DNA of 64,000 nt from the NCBI GenBank assembly GCA_963705725.1, contig CAVPKM010000013.1:128001-192000 (forward strand), written 5' to 3'. Below are positions 51,653-62,329 of the stretch, piece by piece. The DNA is from an uncultured Gammaproteobacteria bacterium. Lineage in GTDB: Bacteria > Pseudomonadota > Gammaproteobacteria > UBA6002. The translations under genes and the position numbers were made by a program. Below the pieces are notes generated by a model. It searched no databases, was not told where the DNA came from, and worked only from the letters and a program-made list of their open reading frames with translations. Position 1 is the stretch's first letter. Every line of letters begins with the position of its first letter.

Positions 51653-53335
51653 CTAAGTTCCCGTCGACTGTTTAATGCTCGATGAAAATTCTGTGTCTAG
51701 AGAAACAAAATTTTTATTGCATACATTATGGTAATCATTGGAGATAACCGTATACAAATCAATCGGAATGTTATGCAATGATGAATTTTCTTCAAAAAAT
51801 CCTTGCTTGAATAAGGCGAGCTTCGGAGCATACTCTGTACTTATAAATCGCCTCTTCCAAATCTGAATATATCCTTCTAAAAGAGCGGGATCTGTTCTTG
51901 TTCCGTCACACCAATCTGTTAACGGTCTGATTTTTTTCATCATGGTATTTATTGCATCATTAACACCTACTCCATCGGCAACGGCTTTCACTCCCCTAGG
52001 ATCTGTTGACAATATTTCTACCATCTCTAAACTCTTACTCGCGCATGCTCTTGAAAATAATCTGTCATGTTCTAAAGGGGGTATACAAACTTCAGAACTT
52101 TCTAGCAATCTTTTAAGAATATTGCATCCAGAAGAGAATAGAGAGTATATTACGTTTGAAACTTGCGCAGGCATTGATAAAAACTTATAGAAAGTCTCGC
52201 ATTGAAATAATAGCTCAAATGCATCCTTGTAGTAGATGCAGAGCTCAGTAATTGTACGGGAATTAGTTGAAAGGTTTGTAAAGTCATTTTCGGTAAGAAG
52301 AGGAAGAGGAAGAAGGACGCCTGTACATCCCGCCACACTAACAAAAGAACTAATTTTTTCACAGTCAGGCAATGCCTCGAATAAGATTTCAACACACTCA
52401 GCATGCCCATTCTGAACAGCATTCCATAAAGCCGCTTCTTTTCGAGATCCTTCATCCGACCAATGATTTAGTGGCATATAGACATAATAATCTATAACCT
52501 CCTCGCATAAAGGCGTTTCTTTGCAATTATCTAACAATAAAGAGAGGATTTCAGCATGCCCATTGCCAGCTGCCGCCTCCAATCCTCCAGGAAACATAAA
52601 TAAGTTAGCAAGAAGAAGTTTTAGCATCTCAAGATTTCCATTTTGACATGCATGAAGAAAGAGAGATTCGTAGTTTTTGTCTTGCAAAGAAAGAGGTCTA
52701 TCTTTATCTTTCGCAAAATTTATTAGCCACTCTGCCACGGCCAATTGGTTATTTTTGAGCGCCTCTACTAAGGCAGATTGATAATCAGTAAAACCCATAT
52801 GATAATCACAAATTAATTCCCTCACGATTTCTAGATGTCCGTTTTTACAGGCCAAGAGAATATACTCATTACCAAAAATACGGGCGTCTTGCTTGAGGTA
52901 CTTTACGAAGTGAATATCGCCTCCACCCATACAAGCCTCTTCAAGCATGGTGTTAACAGATTCTTCAGTCAATTCAGGAATAATATAAGTCGTTGGATAG
53001 CTTGCAATGAGTTCACATAAGAGATTTTCAGCAGAGTCACCCTCTAAATTAGCGAGGGAATATTTGCTCAAAAGATTATAAAAATCGATAGCTCTTCTAT
53101 CATATGCCAGCCTCACTCCCTTTCCCTTGTCCACGATCGCTTGAATTTTTTCCCATAAATAGGGATCATTAGAATCCTTTTTAATGTGGTTACCAATAAG
53201 CGGGATTCCTTCTGATCGACTGCCTTCCCAGAACACTCTATTTGTACATAAGCCATAAATAAAGGCAATAAGGGATGCTTTGGTATAGAATTCTTTCAGC
53301 ATAGCCTCTGGATTTTTTTCATTTTCATTTATCAT
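51653..53335 (-). CDS. Ankyrin-repeat protein, paralog A (intact); candidate effector
   Basis: LACKNGHLEIVREL, HACQNGNLEMLKLL, AAAGNGHAEILSLL, NAVQNGHAECVEIL. Confidence 0.88.
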   Translation of the reverse strand: MINENEKNPEAMLKEFYTKASLIAFIYGLCTNRVFWEGSRSEGIPLIGNHIKKDSNDPYLWEKIQAIVDKGKGVRLAYDRRAIDFYNLLSKYSLANLEGDSAENLLCELIASYPTTYIIPELTEESVNTMLEEACMGGGDIHFVKYLKQDARIFGNEYILLACKNGHLEIVRELICDYHMGFTDYQSALVEALKNNQLAVAEWLINFAKDKDRPLSLQDKNYESLFLHACQNGNLEMLKLLLANLFMFPGGLEAAAGNGHAEILSLLLDNCKETPLCEEVIDYYVYMPLNHWSDEGSRKEAALWNAVQNGHAECVEILFEALPDCEKISSFVSVAGCTGVLLPLPLLTENDFTNLSTNSRTITELCIYYKDAFELLFQCETFYKFLSMPAQVSNVIYSLFSSGCNILKRLLESSEVCIPPLEHDRLFSRACASKSLEMVEILSTDPRGVKAVADGVGVNDAINTMMKKIRPLTDWCDGTRTDPALLEGYIQIWKRRFISTEYAPKLALFKQGFFEENSSLHNIPIDLYTVISNDYHNVCNKNFVSLDTEFSSSIKQSTGT

Positions 53336-53374
53336 TTCATGCCTCGTGTTTAGAATTGAACTGTATTGATGAAT

Positions 53375-53407
53375 AGTTTAATGATAAAAAATGAAGAGAA
53401 TATTAAA
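53375..53407 (-). promoter_or_regulatory. PmrA-box-like repeat plus -10 element for paralog A
   Basis: Minus strand TTTAATATT-CT-CTTCATTTT, 7 nt, TAAACT; duplicated at ~63770-63802. Confidence 0.5.
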
Positions 53408-53592
53408 TTAATTAAAATATGTTAGTAACGAACGGCGATTGTATCAAAAAGCCCAGTACGCATTGCCTCATTCAGGCAAGGATTTTTTGAAGAATTTTTG
53501 TCATTGCACAACAGGATATTTCTAAAAAAATAACTGACGCGTGATTAATTTATCAATTGATATTGGCATTGTCGCTAATCCACTTAAACATC

Positions 53593-53638
53593 CGGTCGCA
53601 GTAGAGACATCAGTTGCCTGATGCCCCTACTGCGACCG
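53593..53638. repeat. GTAG-type REP-like hairpin
   Basis: CGGTCGCAGTAG AGAC ATCAG-TTGC-CTGAT GCCC CTACTGCGACCG. Confidence 0.65.
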
Positions 53639-53826
53639 CACATCCCATCTCTATCTATAAATAAATGATTGTTAAAATGGGATCCCCCAACACGATAGAT
53701 AATTGCTTAAATTTAGAAGATAGACCAAATTGACAGAGTGGAATTTTTTTCTCTAACATAAAATAACTCTGTTTATTAAAACGAAACTGACAAGAAATAA
53801 ATGCCATTGATTAAGTAAACAGGATA

Positions 53827-54753
53827 TTAGCATAACCTAGCAGCTGCGATTTGAGCTGGATCATCCCCATCATAGCAAGCACCTCTATAAAGCAGAGTAA
53901 AGTGGGTTTGTCCCGGGATTACAATCTTATTAACATGAACACCATGGGCAATTAATTTTTTAGCATAACCTTCACTCTGGCTTCGTCCACCATCAAATTC
54001 GCCGCATTGAATCGTGGTTGGGCATAATGCTGAAAAGTCATTTTGCCAATAAGGCGAACATAAAGGATCTTTTCGGTTTGCTTTTTGACAATACAAGTCA
54101 AAGCTAAGCTTAGCACTTGCTTTATCTAGCATTTTATCTTCATCTGCAAATGAATCATATTCATGGAGGGAATCAGTATAATCAAACCCTCCGCTAAACA
54201 AATATTGATGCAATATATTGATATCCTTATTGCCCTGCAAAGTATTACTTAACACCGCAGCTAAATTGGCACCGGAACTATAACCACTTAAGATTATTTT
54301 TGCTGAATTAATTTTTAATGTTTTGGCTTGCTCAAAAAGAGCAGTTAATACAGTCAGCGCATCATGATAAGGGCTAGGGTAGGGATGTTCTGGGCTTAGT
54401 CTATACTCAACCATCATGGCTTTATACCCAGTATAATTCGCAATGCGGCTCAAGATGGTATAATTTTCGTCAAAAAGGGGATAAATGAAGGCGGTACCAG
54501 GGAAAAACAAGATAAAAGGCGTAGTGTTATCACCTTGATCAATCAATCTAACCTTTATTTTATGGCCTTCAGGTGAAGGGATAAAAATATTTTTGTAAGG
54601 CAATAATGGTTGAGAGGGAAGGAAGGGTTGAAATTCTTTTGTTATTGCACGCATCTCAGCAATAGATGGTGTGCCATTTGTTCTGAGAATGGCCCTTTTC
54701 ATAATTTGCTGCGCTTTTTTAAAAAACAATAAATCGGATTGATTGACAGGCAT
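53827..54753 (-). CDS. HSL-family esterase/lipase
   Basis: YRLSPEHPYP, GYSSGANLA, EFD, GQTH; PGTAF replaces the HGGG oxyanion motif. Confidence 0.88.
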   Translation of the reverse strand: MPVNQSDLLFFKKAQQIMKRAILRTNGTPSIAEMRAITKEFQPFLPSQPLLPYKNIFIPSPEGHKIKVRLIDQGDNTTPFILFFPGTAFIYPLFDENYTILSRIANYTGYKAMMVEYRLSPEHPYPSPYHDALTVLTALFEQAKTLKINSAKIILSGYSSGANLAAVLSNTLQGNKDINILHQYLFSGGFDYTDSLHEYDSFADEDKMLDKASAKLSFDLYCQKANRKDPLCSPYWQNDFSALCPTTIQCGEFDGGRSQSEGYAKKLIAHGVHVNKIVIPGQTHFTLLYRGACYDGDDPAQIAAARLC

Positions 54754-56148
54754 AGTTATTTCTAAAAGTGGTTAAATTATGTTTATTCAACTTATCTATA
54801 TTTAGAATATTTCAGAATATCCAGATTTACAAAGGTTGGGAAAGAAAAGTATATTCTTGAAACAATTTTGCCGCATGATTATGAAAGAGATTCTTTTTCC
54901 TTATCCAGGTCAAGCAAAGACAAGCCTAATTGTACGACTGATAATCAGGAATAAATGAATAAGAAATACTATGGGATTTTACCCAATATCATCGTCCCTT
55001 TGGGAGGATTCGGAACAGATATTTATCTGCCCTCCTTACCAACTATGGTGGGAGTTTGGTGCTACTCGTTCAGATGTACAAATTAACAATGACAGCTTAT
55101 GTTGCCGCTATGGGACTTGCTCAACTTACTAGTCGGCCCCATATCAGATGCCCTAGGTCGTAAAAAATTAATTCTAGCCTCCTTGATTATCCAAATTCTT
55201 GCTATTGTGGGTATTTTGCTGAGCCCTAATATTTATTGGATCATTATCATCGGTTTTTTCAAGGTATGGGAGCCGCTTTTTATGATTGCACCGGCCCGAG
55301 CAATCTTAAATGATTGCTTCAGTGGCGACGAACTTAAAAAGAAATTTAATTATCTGACCATTAGCTTTGCTTTGGCACCCATAATTGCACCATTTATAGG
55401 GGGTATCTGTCAGGAATATTTTGGCTGGCAGGCTTCATTTTATGTTATTTTAGTTTATGCAGTTTCTTTACTGATTTTAATACACCTAACCTATGAAGAA
55501 ACGATTCCAGCTAAAAAACGTTTCAACTTCTGGATATGTTTCATAATTACCCTCATATATTGAGCCATCGAAACCTTGTTTTGATGACATCGTTTACTAG
55601 TATACTATTCGGCTTTAATGCATTAACTAGCGTTTTAGGACCCTTCATATTCATTGAGCATTTTTTTGATGTGGCGCCTATTTATTATGGTTATATGGCC
55701 TTATTACTTGGTCTTGGCTGGTTTTTTGGCAATATCAGTAATCGAATTTTATTTCATGTCCCGCCTATTAATAAATTGCGGTTTAGCCTAAGTTGCCATC
55801 TTCTAACTACCTTGGTGCTGTTAGGGAGTTCTCTAGCAGGAACGTATCATCTTATGCTTACAATGATTGCTTTCATTATGTATATCTATGCTGCAGGCTT
55901 AATATTTCCATTGATGGTCGGTGAGGTATTGTCTTTATTTCCAAAATTAGCCGCTTCAAGCAATGCTTGTTTATTTGCTTCTATTTGGATGGCCTACGCC
56001 CTTTATACAGGGATTGCTACATTCATACCCGTAAATAATAGCTTGATTATCTTGTCTTTAGTGTTTCTAGGGTATCCGCTAATTTAACCACCCACTTATG
56101 CTATAACGTAAGTTCTTGCATACTCCTGTTTTTTTAAAGGAGTAGCGC

Positions 56149-56502
56149 ATGACAGCAACCCATAATTCGCCTTCTCAAAAAACTCTGGCATTAAATATGG
56201 AAAAATGGCGATCAATAATTACAGATTGGGAATTAAGCAAAGAAAGTCAAAAAAAATATTGTGAGCGGTTAGGGATAAGTTTAAATACTTTTACGCATGC
56301 CCGTAGCAAGTTAATTCGAGATAAAAAAATAAAACCCGCGTTTATTCCTCTCTCTTTGAATCCAATCGAGATTCAAAATTCTTCGAGCATTAATACCGTG
56401 ATTATTGAAAACCCGAAGGGATTTAAACTCCATGTTTCATCAGAATTATCGTTAGATCGTTTAGTGAAAATTTTTAAATTATGTGGGTGGTTAAATGCTT
56501 AA
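56149..56502 (+). CDS. tnpA: IS66 accessory protein TnpA
   Basis: W..S..SQKKYCER HTH; first IS ORF. Confidence 0.9.
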   Translation: MTATHNSPSQKTLALNMEKWRSIITDWELSKESQKKYCERLGISLNTFTHARSKLIRDKKIKPAFIPLSLNPIEIQNSSSINTVIIENPKGFKLHVSSELSLDRLVKIFKLCGWLNA

Positions 56503-56851
56503 GTTACGAGACGAAGTAAAAATTTATGTGAGCATGGAGCCTATAGATGCGAGAAAAAGCATTGATAGTTTATGTATCCTTATTGTCGAAAATTTTAAGG
56601 ATAATCCACAATGTGGGAGCCTCTTTATTTTTTTTAATAAATCACGAGATAAAGTAAAAATTATTTGGTGGGATGCAAATGGTTTTATTCTACATTACAA
56701 GCGCCTTGAAAAAGGACGCTTTGTTCTGCCAAAATTAAGTGGAATTGATAAACTAGAAATTTCACAAACTCAGCTTCACGGTTTATTGGCAGGTTTAGAT
56801 TTCTCACTCATGCGCCATTTTCCTGAAATAAATTATTATCAATATGCATAA
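56495..56851 (+). CDS. tnpB: IS66 accessory protein TnpB
   Basis: DARKSIDSL, KIIWWDANGF..YKRLEKGRF. Confidence 0.93.
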   Translation: MLKLRDEVKIYVSMEPIDARKSIDSLCILIVENFKDNPQCGSLFIFFNKSRDKVKIIWWDANGFILHYKRLEKGRFVLPKLSGIDKLEISQTQLHGLLAGLDFSLMRHFPEINYYQYA

Positions 56852-56891
56852 AACAGTGAGGCATAGTGGAAAATTATAGTATCATGTCTCC

Positions 56892-58439
56892 ATGGATAGA
56901 TCTCATGAATTACAAGCGATATCAAAAGAAGAATTAATTAAAATAATTCAACAAAAAAACACCCTCCTTTTTGAACAAGCAAAACAAATTCAATTTTTAG
57001 AAGAGCAAATTCTTGCCTATCGACTTCGCCAATTTGCCAATAAATCCGAGAAAATTAATCCTAATCAAATTTCTCTTTTTGATGAGGCGGTATTGCCTAA
57101 ATCAGAAGAGAAAATCTTATCACAAGAAGAAGTCATCACGGTTGCTTCTTATACTAAAAGTAAGCAGGTAGGGAGAAGAGCACTACCTGCAGAATTACTT
57201 CGTATACCTCGAATCTATGATTTATCTGAAGATGAAAAAATTTGTCAATGCGGTTGTGCATTAACTCACATTAAAGATGAAAAAAGCGAGCAACTCGAAA
57301 TTATTCCAGCAAAAATTTATGTCATCGAGCATATCAGAAAAAAATATGTCTGCAAAAAATGTCAAGAAACCATTAAGCTAGCAAAACAACCTGCTGCACC
57401 TATTCCAAGGAGTATTGCAGCAAGTGGATTATTAAGTCACGTATTGGTTTCAAAATTTCAAGACCACTTGCCGCTATTTCGCCAAGAAAAAATATTAAAA
57501 CGCATTGGTGTGGATATTCCTCGAGCCACATTATGTTTATGGGTGATCAAGTGTGCTGAACTTTTGCTGCCGATTTTAAAACTAATGCATGATCGAATAT
57601 TAACTTATGATATTGCTTATGTTGATGAAACCACATTGCAAGTTATTAAAGAACAGAATAAAAGTATAAAAAGTAAAAAATACATGTGGCTTTATTCAGG
57701 CGGACCCAAAGCACAATTTGTTTATTACTACCAATATCATCCTTCACGCTCACACGAAGTCGCCGATGCTTTTTTTGCGGATTTTTCAGGCTACTTACAC
57801 TGTGATGGCTTCATTGGGTATGACACATTAGCGGGAAAAAGAAAAACGATAAAACTGGTTGGCTGTTGGTATCACGCGAGACGAAAATTTATTGAAGTTA
57901 CAAAGCTCATGCCAAATAAAGAAGGGGTGGCTTGGCATATTGTTAAACTCATTGCAAAACTCAGCGTGATTGAAGAAGAAATAAAAATCTTATCTGCTGC
58001 AGAAAAACAGGCTATTCGACAAGCGAAATCGAAAGTGATTATCAATGAAATACAGGATTATCTCATCAAACATCAATCTATTATTCCACCAAAAAGTTTA
58101 TTAGGAGAAGCGGTAGGTTATACACTCAATCAATGGCCAAAATTATTAAGATTTCTTGATGATGGACGTCTCGATATTAGTAATAATCTTTCTGAGCGAG
58201 GCATTAAACCTTTTGTAATCGGCAGAAAAGGTTGGCTCTTTGCTGATAGTGTGGCTGGCGCTCATGCAGCAGCAACAATTTTTAGCATCATTGAAACTTG
58301 CAAGTATCATCAGGTTGAGCCTTATGATTATTTGCGATATGTGCTTGATGTCATACCTCGATGCAACACGATTGAAGATTACGAAAAACTCCTTCCTTAT
58401 AATATTGATCGAGCACTGCTGGTTAGCCAAGTGCGCTGA
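56892..58439 (+). CDS. tnpC: IS66 transposase TnpC
   Basis: Zn finger, VDETT, CDGF..Y, CWYHARRKF, NNLSERGIK. Confidence 0.96.
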   Translation: MDRSHELQAISKEELIKIIQQKNTLLFEQAKQIQFLEEQILAYRLRQFANKSEKINPNQISLFDEAVLPKSEEKILSQEEVITVASYTKSKQVGRRALPAELLRIPRIYDLSEDEKICQCGCALTHIKDEKSEQLEIIPAKIYVIEHIRKKYVCKKCQETIKLAKQPAAPIPRSIAASGLLSHVLVSKFQDHLPLFRQEKILKRIGVDIPRATLCLWVIKCAELLLPILKLMHDRILTYDIAYVDETTLQVIKEQNKSIKSKKYMWLYSGGPKAQFVYYYQYHPSRSHEVADAFFADFSGYLHCDGFIGYDTLAGKRKTIKLVGCWYHARRKFIEVTKLMPNKEGVAWHIVKLIAKLSVIEEEIKILSAAEKQAIRQAKSKVIINEIQDYLIKHQSIIPPKSLLGEAVGYTLNQWPKLLRFLDDGRLDISNNLSERGIKPFVIGRKGWLFADSVAGAHAAATIFSIIETCKYHQVEPYDYLRYVLDVIPRCNTIEDYEKLLPYNIDRALLVSQVR

Positions 58440-58561
58440 GGGGCTGATTAATTAGCGGATACTTTCTAGGAAGGAATTTAGCAAGTATCCAGATTTATCA
58501 ACGTATTAAACTGCATTAACATGCTTCAAAGCTAGATTGGAATGGGAATCATGAGAGTGAT

Positions 58562-58588
58562 AAAGTTGGGTTGATACAACCCAACTTT
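58562..58588. terminator. Hairpin between convergent genes
   Basis: AAAGTTGGGTTG-ATA-CAACCCAACTTT. Confidence 0.6.
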
Positions 58589-58637
58589 GCTTTAGCAAAC
58601 ATGCAGCCCATGCTTGGGACAACGAGCCTAATGGTCA

Positions 58638-58973
58638 TTAAACAAAAAGTTCAAGCAATTGCGTTGCAGCAGCGTCAACAGGGCCAGTATCATACACTGT
58701 CATAATTTGTTGATTAAACCACTGATCGAAGGGATGCTGGGAATTATTCCAGCCTTTGATTTTTTCAGAAAAATTAGGACCTAATTCGTGATATACAAAA
58801 ACATAATCACGATGCTCTAAATTTTTTATCCATATTTTGAGGCAAGACATATCATAGCGTGCAAGCATCTCCTTCCATTCTTCGGATTTTTGTTCCGTTG
58901 TTTGTTTAACAAAATCCTGGAATTGCTTTACACATCCTGTTTTTAATGGGATGCAAAATAATACGGTTTTCAT
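58638..58973 (-). CDS. Small hypothetical protein, probable dimeric alpha/beta barrel (DUF6176-like)
   Basis: AGGAG RBS; SQHPFDQWF motif. Confidence 0.6.
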   Translation of the reverse strand: MKTVLFCIPLKTGCVKQFQDFVKQTTEQKSEEWKEMLARYDMSCLKIWIKNLEHRDYVFVYHELGPNFSEKIKGWNNSQHPFDQWFNQQIMTVYDTGPVDAAATQLLELFV

Positions 58974-59040
58974 ATCATTTCTCCTGCTTTTGAATTTAAA
59001 TAATTGGTAAATCCATATTAATCTATATGTTATGCCGCTT

Positions 59041-59484
59041 CTATTTTGAGGGTAATTTACGAAAACTTACGGCCAACCGATTCCAAGCATTGATGGTGAT
59101 AATTGCCATGGTCAGATCAACGGCTTCTTTATCACTGAAATATTTAAGTACGTCTTGGTAAAGGTCTTCAGGTGCGTGAGTTTCTGATAATAAAGTTACA
59201 GCTTCTGCCCAAGCCAAAGCTGCTCGTTCGGGATCAGTAAAAAAAGGGGCTTCATGCCAAACAGCAACGGCATTTAGCCGTCTTTGTGACTCACCTGCTT
59301 TTAGTGCATCCTTACAATGTGTATCTACACAAAATACACAGCCATTTATTTGAGAAACACGAAGCTTTATCAGTTCAAGCAGTAATTTATCTAAGCCACA
59401 ACTGTTAACAAATTCTTCAAGTCCCATCATAGCTTTAACTGCTTCTGGTGAAACTTTGTAATAGTCTATTCTTAAATTGGTCAT
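59041..59484 (-). CDS. Carboxymuconolactone decarboxylase/AhpD family protein
   Basis: LRVSQINGCVFCVDTH, ERAALAWAE, INAWNR. Confidence 0.93.
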   Translation of the reverse strand: MTNLRIDYYKVSPEAVKAMMGLEEFVNSCGLDKLLLELIKLRVSQINGCVFCVDTHCKDALKAGESQRRLNAVAVWHEAPFFTDPERAALAWAEAVTLLSETHAPEDLYQDVLKYFSDKEAVDLTMAIITINAWNRLAVSFRKLPSK

Positions 59485-60038
59485 CCTAACCTCTACTTGT
59501 ATTTTAATTGTTGTAAATCAGTCATAAAAATCCCATCTCTGATCGACTGTTTAATGCTCGACGAAAATTCTGTGTCTAGAGAAACAAAATTTTTATTGCA
59601 TACATTATGGTAATCATTGGAGATAACCGTATACAAATCAATCGGAATGTTACGCAATGATGAATTTTCTTCAAAAAATCCTTGCTTGAATAAGGCGAGC
59701 TTCGGAGCATACTCTGTACTTATAGATCGACTTATAAATCGCCTCTTCCAAATCTGAATATATCCTTTTAAAAGAGCCTGATCTGTTCTTGTTGTGAAAC
59801 ACCAACGGCTATACGGTTTGATTTCTTTCATCATGGTATTTATTGCATCATTAACACCTGCTCCATTGGCAACGGCTTTCACTCCCCTAGGATCTGTTGA
59901 CAATATTTCTACCATCTCTAAACTCTTACTCGCGCATGCTTCTAAAAATAATCTGCCATGTTCTAAATGGGGTATACAAACTTCAGAACTTTCTAGCAAT
60001 CTTTTAAGAATATTGGTATCCGCTAATTAATCAGCCCC

Positions 60039-61586
60039 TCAGCGCACTTGGCTAACCAGCAGTGCTCGATCAATATTATAAGGAAGGAGTTTTTCGTAAT
60101 CTTCAATCGTGTTGCATCGAGGTATGACATCAAGCACATATCGCAAATAATCATAAGGCTCAACCTGATGATACTTGCAAGTTTCAATGATGCTAAAAAT
60201 TGTTGCTGCTGCATGAGCGCCAGCCACACTATCAGCAAAGAGCCAACCTTTTCTGCCGATTACAAAAGGTTTAATGCCTCGCTCAGAAAGATTATTACTA
60301 ATATCGAGACGTCCATCATCAAGAAATCTTAATAATTTTGGCCATTGATTGAGTGTATAACCTACCGCTTCTCCTAATAAACTTTTTGGTGGAATAATAG
60401 ATTGATGTTTGATGAGATAATCCTGTATTTCATTGATAATCACTTTCGATTTCGCTTGTCGAATAGCCTGTTTTTCTGCAGCAGATAAGATTTTTATTTC
60501 TTCTTCAATCACGCTGAGTTTTGCAATGAGTTTAACAATATGCCAAGCCACCCCTTCTTTATTTGGCATGAGCTTTGTAACTTCAATAAATTTTCGTCTC
60601 GCGTGATACCAACAGCCAACCAGTTTTATCGTTTTTCTTTTTCCCGCTAATGTGTCATACCCAATGAAGCCATCACAGTGTAAGTAGCCTGAAAAATCCG
60701 CAAAAAAAGCATCGGCGACTTCGTGTGAGCGTGAAGGATGATATTGGTAGTAATAAACAAATTGTGCTTTGGGTCCGCCTGAATAAAGCCACATGTATTT
60801 TTTACTTTTTATACTTTTATTCTGTTCTTTAATAACTTGCAATGTGGTTTCATCAACATAAGCAATATCATAAGTTAATATTCGATCATGCATTAGTTTT
60901 AAAATCGGCAGCAAAAGTTCAGCACACTTGATCACCCATAAACATAATGTGGCTCGAGGAATATCCACACCAATGCGTTTTAATATTTTTTCTTGGCGAA
61001 ATAGCGGCAAGTGATCTTGAAATTTTGAAACCAATACGTGACTTAATAATCCACTTGCTGCAATACTCCTTGGAATAGGTGCAGCAGGTTGTTTTGCTAG
61101 CTTAATGGTTTCTTGACATTTTTTGCAGGCATATTTTTTTCTGATATGCTCGATGACATAAATTTTTGCTGGAATAATTTCGAGTTGCTCGCTTTTTTCA
61201 TCTTTAATGTGAGTTAATGCACAACCGCATTGACAAATTTTTTCATCTTCAGATAAATCATAGATTCGAGGTATACGAAATAATTCTGCAGGTAGTGCTC
61301 TTCTCCCTACCTGCTTACTTTTAGTATAAGAAGCAACCGTGATGACTTCTTCTTGTGATAAGATTTTCTCTTCTGATTTAGGCAATACCGCCTCATCAAA
61401 AAGAGAAATTTGATTAGGATTAATTTTCTCGGATTTATTGGCAAATTGGCGAAGTCGATAGGCAAGAATTTGCTCTTCTAAAAATTGAATTTGTTTTGCT
61501 TGTTCAAAAAGGAGGGTGTTTTTTTGTTGAATTATTTTAATTAATTCTTCTTTTGATATCGCTTGTAATTCATGAGATCTATCCAT
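60039..61586 (-). CDS. tnpC: IS66 transposase TnpC
   Basis: Differs from copy 1 at two residues seen (L/F, V/A). Confidence 0.96.
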   Translation of the reverse strand: MDRSHELQAISKEELIKIIQQKNTLLFEQAKQIQFLEEQILAYRLRQFANKSEKINPNQISLFDEAVLPKSEEKILSQEEVITVASYTKSKQVGRRALPAELFRIPRIYDLSEDEKICQCGCALTHIKDEKSEQLEIIPAKIYVIEHIRKKYACKKCQETIKLAKQPAAPIPRSIAASGLLSHVLVSKFQDHLPLFRQEKILKRIGVDIPRATLCLWVIKCAELLLPILKLMHDRILTYDIAYVDETTLQVIKEQNKSIKSKKYMWLYSGGPKAQFVYYYQYHPSRSHEVADAFFADFSGYLHCDGFIGYDTLAGKRKTIKLVGCWYHARRKFIEVTKLMPNKEGVAWHIVKLIAKLSVIEEEIKILSAAEKQAIRQAKSKVIINEIQDYLIKHQSIIPPKSLLGEAVGYTLNQWPKLLRFLDDGRLDISNNLSERGIKPFVIGRKGWLFADSVAGAHAAATIFSIIETCKYHQVEPYDYLRYVLDVIPRCNTIEDYEKLLPYNIDRALLVSQVR

Positions 61587-61626
61587 GGAGACATGATACT
61601 ATAATTTTCCACTATGCCTCACTGTT

Positions 61627-61983
61627 TTATGCATATTGATAATAATTTATTTCAGGAAAATGGCGCATGAGTGAGAAATCTAAACCTGCCAATAAACCGT
61701 GAAGCTGAGTTTGTGAAATTTCTAGTTTATCAATTCCACTTAATTTTGGCAGAACAAAGCGTCCTTTTTCAAGGCGCTTGTAATGTAGAATAAAACCATT
61801 TGCATCCCACCAAATAATTTTTACTTTATCTCGTGATTTATTAAAAAAAATAAAGAGGCTCCCACATTGTGGATTATCCTTAAAATTTTCGACAATAAGG
61901 ATACATAAACTATCAATGCTTTTTCTCGCATCTATAGGCTCCATGCTCACATAAATTTTTACTTCGTCTCGTAACTTAAGCAT
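61627..61983 (-). CDS. tnpB: IS66 accessory protein TnpB
   Basis: Protein identical to copy 1. Confidence 0.93.
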   Translation of the reverse strand: MLKLRDEVKIYVSMEPIDARKSIDSLCILIVENFKDNPQCGSLFIFFNKSRDKVKIIWWDANGFILHYKRLEKGRFVLPKLSGIDKLEISQTQLHGLLAGLDFSLMRHFPEINYYQYA

Positions 61984-62329
61984 TTAACCACCCACATAAT
62001 TTAAAAATTTTCACTAAACGATCTAACGATAATTCTGATGAAACATGGAGTTTAAATCCCTTCGGGTTTTCAATAATCACGGTATTAATGCTCGAAGAAT
62101 TTTGAATCTCGATTGGATTCAAAGAGAGAGGAATAAACGCGGGTTTTATTTTTTTATCTCGAATTAACTTGCTACGGGCATGCGTAAAAGTATTTAAACT
62201 TATCCCTAACCGCTCACAATATTTTTTTTGACTTTCTTTGCTTAATTCCCAATCTGTAATTATTGATCGCCATTTTTCCATATTTAATGCCAGAGTTTTT
62301 TGAGAAGGCGAATTATGGGTTGCTGTCAT
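61976..62329 (-). CDS. tnpA: IS66 accessory protein TnpA
   Basis: Protein identical to copy 1. Confidence 0.9.
   Translation of the reverse strand: MTATHNSPSQKTLALNMEKWRSIITDWELSKESQKKYCERLGISLNTFTHARSKLIRDKKIKPAFIPLSLNPIEIQNSSSINTVIIENPKGFKLHVSSELSLDRLVKIFKLCGWLNA

Larger units (their letters stand above)
56072..58462 (+). mobile_element. IS66-family element, copy 1 (2391 bp)
   Basis: IR GTATCCGCTAATT / AATTAGCGGATAC; 8-bp TSD TTTCTAGG at 56064-56071 and 58463-58470. Confidence 0.97.
54955..58519 (+). pseudogene. Bcr/CflA-type MFS transporter, frameshifted and IS66-interrupted near its 3' end
   Basis: TDIYLPSLP, GPISDALGRK, APIIAPFIGG; the frame resumes after the IS (GRNLASIQIYQRIKLH, stop 58519). 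Confidence 0.8.
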
